A DNA stretch of 64,000 bases from Xylographa opegraphella (taxonomy: Eukaryota): the NCBI GenBank assembly GCA_022813865.1, contig JALDZX010000002.1, positions 682,001-746,000 on the forward strand, written 5' to 3'. The position numbers and the translations under genes were made by a program. The notes under the pieces were generated by a model that did no database searches, was not told where the DNA came from, and saw only the letters and a program-made list of their open reading frames with translations. Of this stretch, positions 26,403 to 37,953 are shown in pieces (the stretch's first letter is position 1; the number at the start of each line of letters is the position of its first letter).

Positions 26403-29276
26403 ATGGCACATGCCCATCCGTCCGATGGACCCTATTTACCACCTCATTTCTCCTACGCACGGTCACAACAACCATCACCGACCATAGCCTCCACCGAGCC
26501 ACGTCCGCGGCCATTCACTCCGCCTCAGCAGAATTGTCTGACTCGAAGACTGCAGTTGCGTAATGCCGGCTTCCGAGGTCCAAACATATCGGCACGGAAA
26601 GTGACCCCATTCACGGTTGCGTCCAATCCTCTGCAGGAGCAGTTCGCGTTGAGCCATACGACAAACGATGAGAACACCCCGAGAACGGCTGAACGACGTA
26701 CTCTGTATGGTGAAGACTTACCACCGAGTCCGGTGAGTATTTTGCAAGAGATCAGCAATACCTCCAGGCGCAACCATCGATCCCCTCAACCGTCGATTAC
26801 CACTATATTTCAGGATTCTACTGCTACGAAAGAGCTGGACCATACATTTACAACCTCCTGGTACCACGAAGCTAGTAACAATCCATCGCCGTCTCCTGAT
26901 GAGCACACGCGATATAGGACGATGAAGCTCCGCGAAGTCTCGCTCAACGAGAGAGCAGGACCTATCACTCAACCTAAGGTGCCAAAGAAAGCAACCGAGC
27001 GCCGAAAATCTCGAACGAGATCTCGTGCTGGCAGTTTTGAGGCGACGAAGTACATCGAACATCTCGAGTCCGAATTGGCTTCACTCAATACCAAACTGGA
27101 TGCTATCACTTCGCCGACGAGGACCAAAGCACAGTCAAGCAAACTTCGTGCTTTGACCAATCAGAACCGTACAATGCGTGAGGAATTGTCGGAGTGGGAA
27201 AAGAGATTTGACGAAAGGGTTTTCGATCAGACAATAGAACGCTCTGAATTGGAAAAGGGGTTACGATCGCGTATTCAAGCGCTTGAGGAGGATGCGGAGA
27301 CGAAAGATCTCAAGATTCAGGAACTGGACAAAGAACTGGAGATATCTAGGTCCAAGCTTAGAGTGATGGACTCTATAGAATCAACGAACAAGAGTCTGGA
27401 ACGGAGGGTTGATGTGCTTACAGAGCTGCTCGCCCAATCGCCAACACGGGCCAATTCCCGGCCTGTAGCACTGGACAACATCGACTCAACGAAACGGACA
27501 CCACGGCCCAAGAGTCTGCTTTTACCCAGGATACCGCCATCCCCCACGAGTATGAGGTTTTCTGCTAGTTATACCGCAGACGTGGATTCGTGGCATACCA
27601 GACAAAAGGCTTCCATGTCAAGTACCAGCATAGCGGAAACCCCAGAAGACGAGGTTCTTTCCCCATTGGAGCTGGAACCGGGCTCCTTGAGCTCTTCACT
27701 TTATACTGCTCAACCAGTCGCAAGAACCTTCAACGCTGAAGATGCGTTTTCCTCTCATTTCCAGTCTCCGTCACGGCCCGCATCAACAATCTCAACCTCT
27801 TCTACTTACTCGTCAAGGGGCCTACCCAGTACTACAAGCGCTTATGAAGATTGCAAGTCGACAGATCGACCTCGGAAGATGCGCCGATTCCCTTCTGGCT
27901 CCTGTTCTCTGAAGCCTTTAATTCTCCCAGCTACGACAGCGGTGACTCAATGCCTCCCTGCCTCGGCCCCGGCATACAGCAACTATAGTACACCCTTTCG
28001 TGAATTCTCCAATACTTCTATCGACCCAACAACCGCCTTTCTCTCGAATGCCGTAGATGCCTCACCATTCGACACACCCACTGAGCCGGCTCGACGTCGG
28101 TCCTCCACGTCCTGGGCTCAAAAACAAGCTCTGGATGCGCTTGAAGGTAGGTCACACTGGCCGACTGGTTTGGCGGATCAGGAGAAGTCAGAGCTTGCGT
28201 CCACGCCTGGCGGTAGTGATGGAGTATCTTCGGTCGCGGATGTGTACGAAGCAAATCTTGCCCTTGAACCTAAACGACGCAGTTTGCAGATGGAACTGGA
28301 GCAGGCACAGAAGGATGAAATGCTGAGCGATATGGCTAGTCCTGTAATCACGGAGGCTTTGCTGGCATCCGAGACAACGGTAAAGCAACTCGTGCCCAGT
28401 GCACGTTTAGTGAGAGAACCAGTCCTCGTCCACAGCGGAGGTCAAACTTGCAATAGGGAAGGTCTGCGTCAGCGAAGCGCCACCCTCCATACTCCGTTCC
28501 AAACACCATCTGTCCACATTCTGGCCCCCTCTCCCGCCCGATCCCTCACCAACTCAGCGCGTTTTCCGGTAAAAACACTCGGGATGTTCAGCAAACTCAC
28601 GGGCTTGGTCGCGGCCATGAGGCAAGACCCCTCCATCCTTGCCCGAAAAATCCTCGCGCACGCCTGGACAACCGGGTCGTCAAGACTGGGAGGCTTGGCA
28701 TGGTGGCTCATAGGTCTGATATACCGTCCCGGTCAGCGGAACGACACAAGCCCCGCTGACGCAGACGCAGTCGAGGAAGACGCTCCCCACGACCAGCATG
28801 CGCGTCAACGACGCCGCTCGGCCGATGCTCGCTTGGCCCGGAAACGCCCTTCTCGAGACCGGAGTCCTGACTCATCTGATCCTCCTTCCACGCAGGCCGA
28901 GCAGCCCGAGTGCGCGCGCCACACCAGCGCATCCCGCTCCGCCGCTTCTCCGCCCGCCAATTGTTTCCGCGCCTGCGACGACTGCGTCGAGCCGCCTGCC
29001 CGCCGTACCTGGCGGCTGTGGCTCCGCTTCTCCCTCGCTATCGTACTCGCTGTCGGCTTGGCGGTTAAGGATGGGCCGGGCGCCCTCCTTGAGGATGGGC
29101 CCTTGCCGCGTGCGTCCTCGGATCGGCCTCTGCTGCGGGAGGGGAAGAGATCTTGCGAGCGCTTGGGGTCTTGTGGTGATGTTGGGATTGCGTTGGTGGG
29201 TACGCCTGGGTGGGAGGGGGAGGAAGAGGGGGAGAGGCTAGTGTATATAGAGGATGAGGGTGGGGAGGGTGTATGA
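26403..29276 (+). CDS. Uncharacterised 957-aa protein: central coiled coil, S/P-rich disorder, C-terminal hydrophobic segments
   Basis: Long intronless ORF; heptad-rich segment YIEHLESEL...VLTELLAQ; hydrophobic GGLAWWLIGLIY and LWLRFSLAIVLAVGLAV. Confidence 0.85.
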   Translation: MAHAHPSDGPYLPPHFSYARSQQPSPTIASTEPRPRPFTPPQQNCLTRRLQLRNAGFRGPNISARKVTPFTVASNPLQEQFALSHTTNDENTPRTAERRTLYGEDLPPSPVSILQEISNTSRRNHRSPQPSITTIFQDSTATKELDHTFTTSWYHEASNNPSPSPDEHTRYRTMKLREVSLNERAGPITQPKVPKKATERRKSRTRSRAGSFEATKYIEHLESELASLNTKLDAITSPTRTKAQSSKLRALTNQNRTMREELSEWEKRFDERVFDQTIERSELEKGLRSRIQALEEDAETKDLKIQELDKELEISRSKLRVMDSIESTNKSLERRVDVLTELLAQSPTRANSRPVALDNIDSTKRTPRPKSLLLPRIPPSPTSMRFSASYTADVDSWHTRQKASMSSTSIAETPEDEVLSPLELEPGSLSSSLYTAQPVARTFNAEDAFSSHFQSPSRPASTISTSSTYSSRGLPSTTSAYEDCKSTDRPRKMRRFPSGSCSLKPLILPATTAVTQCLPASAPAYSNYSTPFREFSNTSIDPTTAFLSNAVDASPFDTPTEPARRRSSTSWAQKQALDALEGRSHWPTGLADQEKSELASTPGGSDGVSSVADVYEANLALEPKRRSLQMELEQAQKDEMLSDMASPVITEALLASETTVKQLVPSARLVREPVLVHSGGQTCNREGLRQRSATLHTPFQTPSVHILAPSPARSLTNSARFPVKTLGMFSKLTGLVAAMRQDPSILARKILAHAWTTGSSRLGGLAWWLIGLIYRPGQRNDTSPADADAVEEDAPHDQHARQRRRSADARLARKRPSRDRSPDSSDPPSTQAEQPECARHTSASRSAASPPANCFRACDDCVEPPARRTWRLWLRFSLAIVLAVGLAVKDGPGALLEDGPLPRASSDRPLLREGKRSCERLGSCGDVGIALVGTPGWEGEEEGERLVYIEDEGGEGV

Positions 29277-29325
29277 GCCTTGTTTATTTTACTTGGGAGG
29301 GGGCGGAGTAGATGGGAAAAAGGGC

Positions 29326-29350
29326 TTATGGTTATGGTTATGGTTATGGG
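29326..29350 (+). repeat. (TTATGG)n hexamer repeat in a 3' flank
   Basis: 4 copies read directly. Confidence 0.8.
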
Positions 29351-29970
29351 TTATGTGGGGAATGATGAGATGGATGTATGTTATGCATGTGGGTATGTAG
29401 GTATGTAGGTATGATTGGTCGATCAGAATTCGGATATCGCAGTGAGGTTGAATTTGTTATCGTTGCTGAAGCCTGGGGGTGATGATGCTCGGACGCTTCT
29501 GCGTTTATAGATATAGAGAGCTGAAAGTGGCTGGCTTGGTTGGGAAACTCTGTTTTACATCCTCGATTGAGGTTATAGCGCGAATGCCATATGAATGCCT
29601 TGGATTAGATTAAATACTGATCGTAACGGTACGGTATTGCTACGAACGGCTAATAAGCTAGACCTGTTTCCGCTTAGATTTTCCATCCTACCTCTTAGCG
29701 CCATTAGCTTTGGTGCCTCGATGTTTAGAGGGGTCACAACAACAATTCGCACAATGTCAGTCACGATCCTTGATGCTTCCTCATTTGGTCCGTCCGCAAT
29801 ATTGTAGTTCCTTCATGGCGAGCTTCTAAGCTCACACCCCCATCATCCCCACCGAACCATCGCGCTATAGCTAAACTCTCATCCCTCTGCTATGGCTTGC
29901 CGAAACTTCCACGCCAGTCCGATATACTACCCTCCTTGACCGGAACCTCCACACTTTCGCATCCATCACA

Positions 29971-31203
29971 ATGGCTCTCGCCAAGATCCCTCCCATGACC
30001 TCGCGGCAGGCCAAGAAAGCCTACCGCCAAGCGAGCGGACCCAGACTGTCCGTCGCCGAGCAAAAACGAATGGAACGGAAGGCTGTGCTGCTTGAACGCG
30101 AAGAAAAGGCGAAGGAGAAGGAGAGGAACAGGGTCGCGAACAGGAAGAAGAGGCTGGAGAAGGAGGAGAAGGTGAAAGCGCAGCGGAAGGGTGCGGGCGT
30201 TGTGGAAGGAGGCTATGTGAGCCCGAGACAGGTCAGACTGGCTGCGTACTTTGGGAAAATCGAGGGGCAAGATGGGGAGGGAGATTGTGGGAAAGGACAG
30301 GGATCGTTCTTCAAGGATTGCGGTCTACCTAGGCTGTGTGTTGAGGAGGGTGTGGCAGGAGGAGGTACCCAGGATATTGCTCTGGAAATGCCCTCTTACC
30401 CACCACCAGAGGAGCTCAATTTCTCGGACAACGACTGGGCGTCTTTCCTTCCGACAAACACACAAGTGGAAAGGGAAATCTCCGAAGACAACCCAACCGC
30501 TCAGGCTCTCCCTGCGAGGGCGGATACCGATCCGCTAGGATGCAGCCACTCGGAACCTCTTGGCTCGCACAAGACTATAGCTCCAGCCTGCGAACTCCAA
30601 AGCACCACTTCCCAACAGCAGGAAGATCTCGCACAAATCCCGCCCTTCTCGACACAGGACCTGGAGTTCTCCGCCGACGAGCTCATCGAACTGATGTCCC
30701 CTGCCAAGTTTTGCAACCCTCTGCCAGCAGCTCTCGGAAAGACTGCTTCCGCCAAACCCCTCACTCACTCACCTACAGCAAACGAACAACCAGCCGCCAC
30801 ATCCCACCCTCACCACAAAACCGCCACCAAAGCCAACGCCATCGTACAGAACACCCCGCCCCACAAACCATGCCACCCCACCATCACCAGCAACGCCCCC
30901 GGCCCAGCTCCCCGAAAACGCCACAGCTGCACCTACAGCTACATCCTCACCTCCCACGCCGCCCACCCCACGCCCTCCCGAACCGCCAAACCCGGCCCCT
31001 CGTCCCCTCACCGCCCGAAATCCCTCTTCCGCACCCAGCAGCGGAAACCCCTCGCCGTCTCGTCCGCAAATGTTGCGCGCGCTGGGAAGCTGGCTGCTGA
31101 GACTCGCTGTGAGGAGGAGGTGGCGGGCGCGGGCGCGGGCGCGCAGTTTGATTTCGGGGATGAGGTGCTGTCGACGCAGGAGTTGTTGGAGTTGGTGGGG
31201 TAG
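29971..31203 (+). CDS. Uncharacterised 410-aa disordered protein with a charged N-terminal helix and a PIP box
   Basis: Intronless ORF with good ATG context (ACA ATG G); MTSRQAKKAY...K/E/R-rich helix...SPRQVRLAAYF; clearly homologous to the N-terminus of the 50662 ORF. Confidence 0.8.
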   Translation: MALAKIPPMTSRQAKKAYRQASGPRLSVAEQKRMERKAVLLEREEKAKEKERNRVANRKKRLEKEEKVKAQRKGAGVVEGGYVSPRQVRLAAYFGKIEGQDGEGDCGKGQGSFFKDCGLPRLCVEEGVAGGGTQDIALEMPSYPPPEELNFSDNDWASFLPTNTQVEREISEDNPTAQALPARADTDPLGCSHSEPLGSHKTIAPACELQSTTSQQQEDLAQIPPFSTQDLEFSADELIELMSPAKFCNPLPAALGKTASAKPLTHSPTANEQPAATSHPHHKTATKANAIVQNTPPHKPCHPTITSNAPGPAPRKRHSCTYSYILTSHAAHPTPSRTAKPGPSSPHRPKSLFRTQQRKPLAVSSANVARAGKLAAETRCEEEVAGAGAGAQFDFGDEVLSTQELLELVG

Positions 31204-31895
31204 GGTGCGTGCGTGGTGGGTGGGGGCTCGGTGGTTGGGTTTGGGTTCGGGATGGGGTGGTGTGGGATTGTATTCGGGGGGATGAGATGCTGGGGGCTGG
31301 GGGGGAGGGAGGGTTGATCATCGGCGGGATGCGTGGGTGATGTGTTTGGTGCGTAGGGCTGGGCTGGGTCGGGTGGGGTGGGGTGGTAGGGCGGGGAGCA
31401 TGTCCTAGGAATTTTTCTATGGGAAGGGGGTGGTGGGGATGAGGATGGGGATGGGGATGAGGATGGCAGGGGTGGAGATATGCGTCAGCTAGACGGCGTA
31501 GGTTATACTCGCCAGACGGGGTCAAGGGTATGCATCAGATAGATATAGCGCGGGTCATCCATCCCAATTGTGTCTCAATGAACAAGGTAGTTTTTGAACG
31601 AGCACTTGCACGACGCTGAGACGCATCGGCGATCACGAGGCGCGCACTCTAGACAACAAACGTTCCCCCCCCCCCCTTCCCCCTACTAGCCGCTGTCACG
31701 AACCTGATCACCGCATGCGCGCTGGAGAGAAGCATGGTCTATCATGGACTCTTTCGTCACCGCTCCGCCGCTCCCGGCCCAGGCCTCCAATTACAATTTC
31801 GCCTCTCCCTCCCCCCTCCCCCTCCCCCCTTTCCCCCCCATCTACCTCACCTTTACCCATGCACACCGCCCTAAGCCCTCCTTCCACCCCCCGCC

Positions 31896-33962
31896 TCAGA
31901 ACTGGTCCGTCAAAGCCCCATGACTCGCATCGCCGACCAGGTGCGCATACTTAGCCAGCACGCCCCGCGTGACGGTCTTGCGCGGAGCGCGCCAAGCGGC
32001 CATGCGGCGTGCGAGCTCGTCAGGAGCGACGGCCATGTGGAGAGTGTTCGTCTCGGCGTCGATGGTGACGGTGTCGCCGTCGCGGACGAGGGCGATGGGC
32101 CCGCCGACGGCGGCCTCGGGCACGACGTGGCCGACGATGAAGCCGTGGCTGGCGCCGCTGTAGCGGCCGTCAGTGACGAGGGCGACGTTGGTGAGGCGGG
32201 CGCCCATGATGGCGGCGCTGGACTTGAGCTGCTCGGGCATGCCGGGCCCGCCGCGGGGCCCCTCGTAGCGGACGATGAGGACGACGTTCGCGCCGCGCGT
32301 GATCTCGCCCCGCGCGAGGGCGGCGTCGAGCTGGGTCTCCTTGTCGAAGACGCGCGCCGCGCCCACGAAGCGCACACCTTCCTTGCCCGTGATCTTGGCC
32401 ACGGCGCCGCCGGGCGCGAGGTTGCCGCGCAGGATCTGCAGGTGACCCGTCGCTTTGATGGGGTGCGCGAGCGGGTGGATGATCACCTGGTCGGCGGGCA
32501 GGGAGGGGAAGGCCTCGATGTTCTGCGCCAGCGTCCGGCCCGTCACGGTGGGGATGTCGCCGTCGAGGAGGCCGGCGGCGACGAGCAGCTTCTGCACCGA
32601 TGGCACGCCGCCGATGGCGTACAGGTCCGCCATGTAGTACTTGCCGCTGGGCGCGAGGTCGGCGATGAAGGGTATCTTGTCGCTGACGCGCTGGAAGTCC
32701 GCGAGCGAGAGCGGCACGTCCGCGGTGGCGGCCATGGCGAGCAGGTGGACGACGCTGTTGGTGGAGCCGCCGAGGGCCATGGTCATCACCATTGCGTTTT
32801 CGAAGGACCGTTTCGTGAGCAGGTCGCGCGGCTTGATGCCGCGTTCCATGCACGTTCGGATGGCATCCGCGGCTTTGTGGCACTCGCGCATCTTGGCGTT
32901 TGAGGTCGCTGGCGTGGACGACGAACCGGGCAAGGTGAGTCCCATCGACTCGATCGCGGTCGCCATGGTGTTCGCGGTGTACATCCCTCCACAAGCGCCG
33001 GCGCCGGGGCACGCGTGCCGCTCGATGTCGGACATGATCTCGTCCTTTGTTTTCGAGGTGTCGCCGCCATCGGAGTCGGGTTGCGCCAGGGTGTTGTAGA
33101 GGTAAGCACCGTGCGCCTCGTAACACGTCGAGATGTTGATGGGCTTGCGGAGGAGCTTGCTGTAGCCGACTTCGGTGGTCCCGCCGTAAATCATGAGCGA
33201 CGGACGGTTGTGTCGAGCCATGGCCATGATACATCCGGGCATGTTCTTGTCGCAGCCGGGGAGGGTGATGCACGCATCGTGGTGCTGCGCACAAGTGACG
33301 GTCTCGATGCTGTCGGCTATGATCTCTCGACTTTGGAGCGAAAAGCGCATACCTACTATCGTCAACTACAGATCTGCGGATGTTTTCCGTCGTCCTTGCC
33401 TTCGCCACCCATTGTGATCGCATCGGAGACGCCAATGGTGTTGTATTGCCATGCCAGCATCCCCTGCTTCTCTACGGACTCCTTGACGATTTTTCCAAGA
33501 TCCAGCACTGTATTGACATTAGAGCCTTCTCATCCGACATCTGCCTCACCAAGGCTACTTGATGACTATCAGCACGAGATCCACTCACAATGCATGCTGG
33601 ATAAGGCGATCAGCAAGGACACTACATGGATGGTCCAGGTTTCCGCCGACTCACTTGCACGGATTTCCCTCCCACCAGACCGAAGCTACGCCAACGTGCG
33701 GACTGTTCTTCATGGCTTCCTCATCAGGGACTCCTGCTGCGTACAGCATTGCCTTTCATCAGATCAGTTGGCTTGTCAATCCCGGTCACGAGGGGGCGGT
33801 GCCGACCTGAGCACCTGGAAAGTCATGGCCCTTTGTGATGGTGGACGAGTACTTGTTCAACAACGGTTTTCCGTCTCGGGTGGCGTCGTCAGGAAGGTGA
33901 GGGAAGTCGAGGAATCGAGGCTCTTCAGGCATGGCTTGCTTCTCTAAATTCGAAGGATCCAT
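31896..33962 (-). CDS. ILV3: Dihydroxy-acid dehydratase (IlvD/Ilv3 family); first-ATG product has no obvious mitochondrial presequence
   Basis: LNKYSSTITKGHDFPGAQ, SREIIADSIE, GCDKNMPG, GACGGMYTANTM, GGSTN, YEGPRGGPGMPE and TDGRYSGASHG motifs; 5' introns. Confidence 0.93.
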
Positions 33963-35734
33963 GTTGGCCAAGTGAGCTGGAAGGACAAGGCGGTACCTGC
34001 TGGGTCGGAGATGGATGTAGGAGAAGGGAGGTCCTTCGAAGTATCTCCGAGTATTTTTCCCGGCGACGTGAGCACCACTATCGGGCCCCTTATACCGCTG
34101 GACGCTAAGCGGAAGACGGCGGAAAATACGTGCACTGGCTGTGAGCACAGGATGAGAGTCGAGCTTGCCAGCAGACGTGGGGTGAGCCGATATATGGAGC
34201 AGGTTCGGGAGCACGAACAGCGTGTACAGGAATAAAATGGCATGTTCCTTTTTTTTTATCCAGACAGTTGATTCGTACACGGCTGTCCCACCAATGTACC
34301 GTTAGCACGCCCCGTCGACCCCGCAGACAGCTGGATACTTTTCGCGAAAAAGCGCATCCACGCAACGTGACACCGTTGAATTTTTTCTGTCACTTTTGTC
34401 CATTTGCCCGTTCGGAAAATGCCATTTGCTCAACAAGCGTGACCGGCTTCGGCTCGCTCTATCCAACTAACAGCAAAGGCACTCTTAGCATGGACAAGTC
34501 GCGAGTCGGCAGCCGCCTCACGGCTCCAGCACCTTGAACAGCCCAATGTGCGCATCAGATGAGACGAGAACGCTCGACGCGTACGGCGCCGGACCGCCAT
34601 TGCTGGGACCGTTGCTTGCCTACCATCGTGGCCCGCAAGCACGATAAGCAGCAAAGGAGACGAGAGCACTTCCACAGCACCAACAAGCCAGAAAAGTGGG
34701 TCGTGGAGCCAGCGTCAGAGCTGGGCCTGGGTTGACATGTGCTGGCATACGTCTCGAGAGAGAGAGAGAGAGAATAGATGAGGCTGGTGTCACGCAGCTG
34801 ATAGAGGAGTAAGTGCAATAGGGTCATGGGCGAGAGACGCAGTATTTAAGAACAAAACGAAGAGCGCGACCGTGTTCCAATCGCCGAGACTCAAGGCTGA
34901 ATTACGCAATTGCGCGATTCGGGGGCGAGCGCTGAAGATTACCGGACCGAGAATATGGAAAGCGTGTGTATTCTAATACGTCGGCAAGGAGTAGAAGCAG
35001 CTACGGTACCCTACCTTACCTTATCGTCATGTATCGAGCGAGTGGCTCCGTGCACCTTGGCTCGCTTGGGAATGGCCGGAACAATCGAGGATACCTTAGT
35101 TGTACCCGGCTTGAGGGCTCGGCTTCGTACGGCATCCACCATAAGGTATGTTACAGAGCACGGTAATCTCCTTCGTAAACTATCCCGCAGAGCACACTAG
35201 CTTCAGCTTATCGTACCTAAATAGGTAGTCCAAGCACGTTCCTCGTTGCTTGGATGCGGCACGCTTCTCACACTAGAACATTCCTCTGTGCATTATTCGA
35301 TGTTCCGGGACGAACCACGAAATCGTTTATCGGGCTCACTCCATCAGTACAGTATTGTTCGTGTACTGCTTGCAAAACGCATCGATCATCGGGACTGTTC
35401 TATGATTGCATGTGATTCTTGCTCCCATTATCCCGGGTTGCCGTTGAGGAGTCGAACCATCTTATCTTGTGTAGCCAGAAGATAAAGCAAGGTCGTGTAT
35501 CCTGTTCGGTCGCATCATGCGGCTCATTGCTACTTCAACGCAGTTACCCGGAGCACTGGCCGCCTAGGTGACCGCCATTAGCAGCCAGAGAAGCCGAAGC
35601 AGTCCACACGGAGCCGGCAACACGTGCAGCTGCGCTGTTCGGCCCCGATCATTGGCCGCTGGTGTTGGGAGGTAGGGGTCGAGAGCAAGGGCCGGCATTC
35701 CGGCCGTTTCAATCAACGGTTGGGTGATATAAAG

Positions 35735-37953
35735 ATGTCTTCTCACCTTGACATCTGGTGGATGGTGGCTTCCATCCTTGCTAACGTCGACTTTTGTTTG
35801 GGGACACAATCTTTGGCTCTAGACAGAAGCCCCAAGTCGGTAACTTCTACTGGCGGCGGCCTTCGGTGGTTGAATGCGAGCGTGGTGTCGTCCTTTTTTG
35901 GTACAGTTTATTCTCGCGTATTTGCAAGGCAATTTGGGTTGTGGGATATGGTAATCTTGTTTGCTGGCTGCGGCTTATATCGGGCATACCGACTACGGAA
36001 GCAGCAACGGGGAGGAGGTCGGGCCTTGAAACCTGGACGTCCCAGGACTTCGGAAAAGCAACGACCTTCCGATGACTTCGCTAACCATGACGGGTGTTCA
36101 AGTGAGTAGACCAGACCATGAGCTGCTTCCCAGCCTGAGCTCTAATATCGTCGATAGCCTTCCCGGCCTCGGATCCGGGACTCTTACGCAAGCACTCCAC
36201 CTTCAAGTCGTACACGACATCTACAGCGACGTATCATTCGATTCGGACTTTCTATCGCCAACATCCGCAAGCTGATAAGCTTCCTGATCATCCGCCTCTT
36301 CCCCTTATCGTCTTTATTCACGGACTTGGGGGGTCTCTTGCCCAATTCCATCCACTGCTGACAAGCCTCGTAAACATTGCACCGAGCCTGGGAATTGATT
36401 TACCAGGCTGTGGCCTCTCCGACTTCTCCCCTGCCTTGCCATGGGAGGCTTATTCTACAGTTGCGCAGTGTCAGCTCTTAGACGTCATTATTGAACACTA
36501 CTGTGATCATCGAGCTGGTCAGGGAGTTGTGCTGATTGGCCACAGCATGGGGTGTTCTTTGTCGGCGATGTTGGCCTCGACCAGCTCCTCGTTCTATACA
36601 AAGCGCGAATACAAAATCTTGGGATTGATAGCCATTTGTCCAAAAGCTTCGACGCCTTCTAATGAGCACGTCACCAAATTTCGGAGACTTTTACGAATAC
36701 CGTCTCCGATCTTTGACCTCTGGAGACGGTGGGATCGACGAGGAGGTACAGAGAGCGCGAGTGTCGCACGCTTTGTTCCTCGGAACGCCGATATTGAGAC
36801 CAAAAAGTTACAGCATCGATTCAACGAGGGTAGCCGAACTGCCGTATGGAGAAGGATGGCATGGGGTGCATTACCGGAATATCGTCCCGATGGAAGCACC
36901 TTCGGCGGTCTTCCGGGCTCGGATACTTGGGCCGGAATCTCCGTACCACTATTCCTCGTAGCCGGCGAAGCGGACACTGTCACGAAGCCGGAGGAGATAG
37001 AAATCATAAGCAAGGCAATCCGGGAATCCCGTGAAAAGCGTAGCAGAGTCAGAGACATCATGTTGGGAGACACGGCTGGGGAAGCCGCAAGACCACATCT
37101 TCAACGTGCTGCGCAAACAGACGAGGAAATCATAGGTCCTGAGGGGGGAAATGTTCTGGGGCTCTCTAGCACCGCGACAACCGCAGTTGGAAGTGAAGTG
37201 ACCTCCAAATCTGACCATGCGGACGAGATTTCCTGCACATCTAAGCAAAAGGGGACGATTAAAGCTACCGTCCTGCCAAGCCCAGCGTCTCATGCATTGC
37301 TATACGACCACGCCACATATCGTACGCTTGCCGGACTGATTCAGTCGTTTTTGGTGGAACACATAGACGACCGGTTGAGTCTTGGCTGGCAACTACAGTA
37401 TCTCTGCACCGAAGGTAAATGGGAGGTCAAAAATCTCGCAAAATGGCAAGCGGTCAAACCTGTTTCGGAACCGATAGCTGGGATCTTTCGAGCGATGAAG
37501 ACCTTGAGAGAGGTAGACGAATCCCACTCACCAGCCATCTTCGTCAAAGATTGGAAAGATATGATCAAAGCCGTCATCGACATCAGCCACGAGAGTCCCG
37601 TCTACGACCCTCGTGGCCTGGAGAGCGGAGGCATTGAATACCACAAGTTCCCGACCGTGTCCAAGATACCGCCAACTTCGGAAGAGGTCAAAGACTTCAT
37701 CATACTGGTCGACCGGCTGCGACTATCGTCGTCGGAGAAGGATGACCGCCTCCTTGGAGTACACTGTCATTATGGCTTCAACCGCACAGGGTTCTTCATA
37801 TGCTCCTATCTCATCGAGAAGGAAGGGTACTCCGTCCAGCAAGCAATAGACATGTTCCAGCAAGCGCGGCCACCCGGGATCCGACATGAGCATTTCATAG
37901 ACACCCTCTTCGTCAGATATTGTGTCGGGCTCAAACGTACTCCTACGCTCTGA
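35735..37953 (+). CDS. Alpha/beta-hydrolase fused to a dual-specificity (DUSP11/RNA-triphosphatase-like) phosphatase; start codon uncertain
   Basis: Intron 36102-36157 joins in frame; VFIHGLGG, IDLPGCG, GHSMG, GEADTV and ASHAL; C-terminal HCHYGFNRTG (CX5R) and ARPPGI. Confidence 0.85.

Noticed and set aside
29326..29350. Interstitial telomere repeat
   Set aside because: The unit is TTATGG, not TTAGGG, with only four copies.
31910..33947. Long overlapping/antisense ORFs (327, 421 and 310 aa) over ILV3
   Set aside because: Expected shadows of very high GC3 coding sequence; no recognisable protein features.
31896..33962. Self-resistance DHAD (AstD-like) marking a biosynthetic cluster
   Set aside because: No terpene cyclase, P450, PKS or NRPS in the window.
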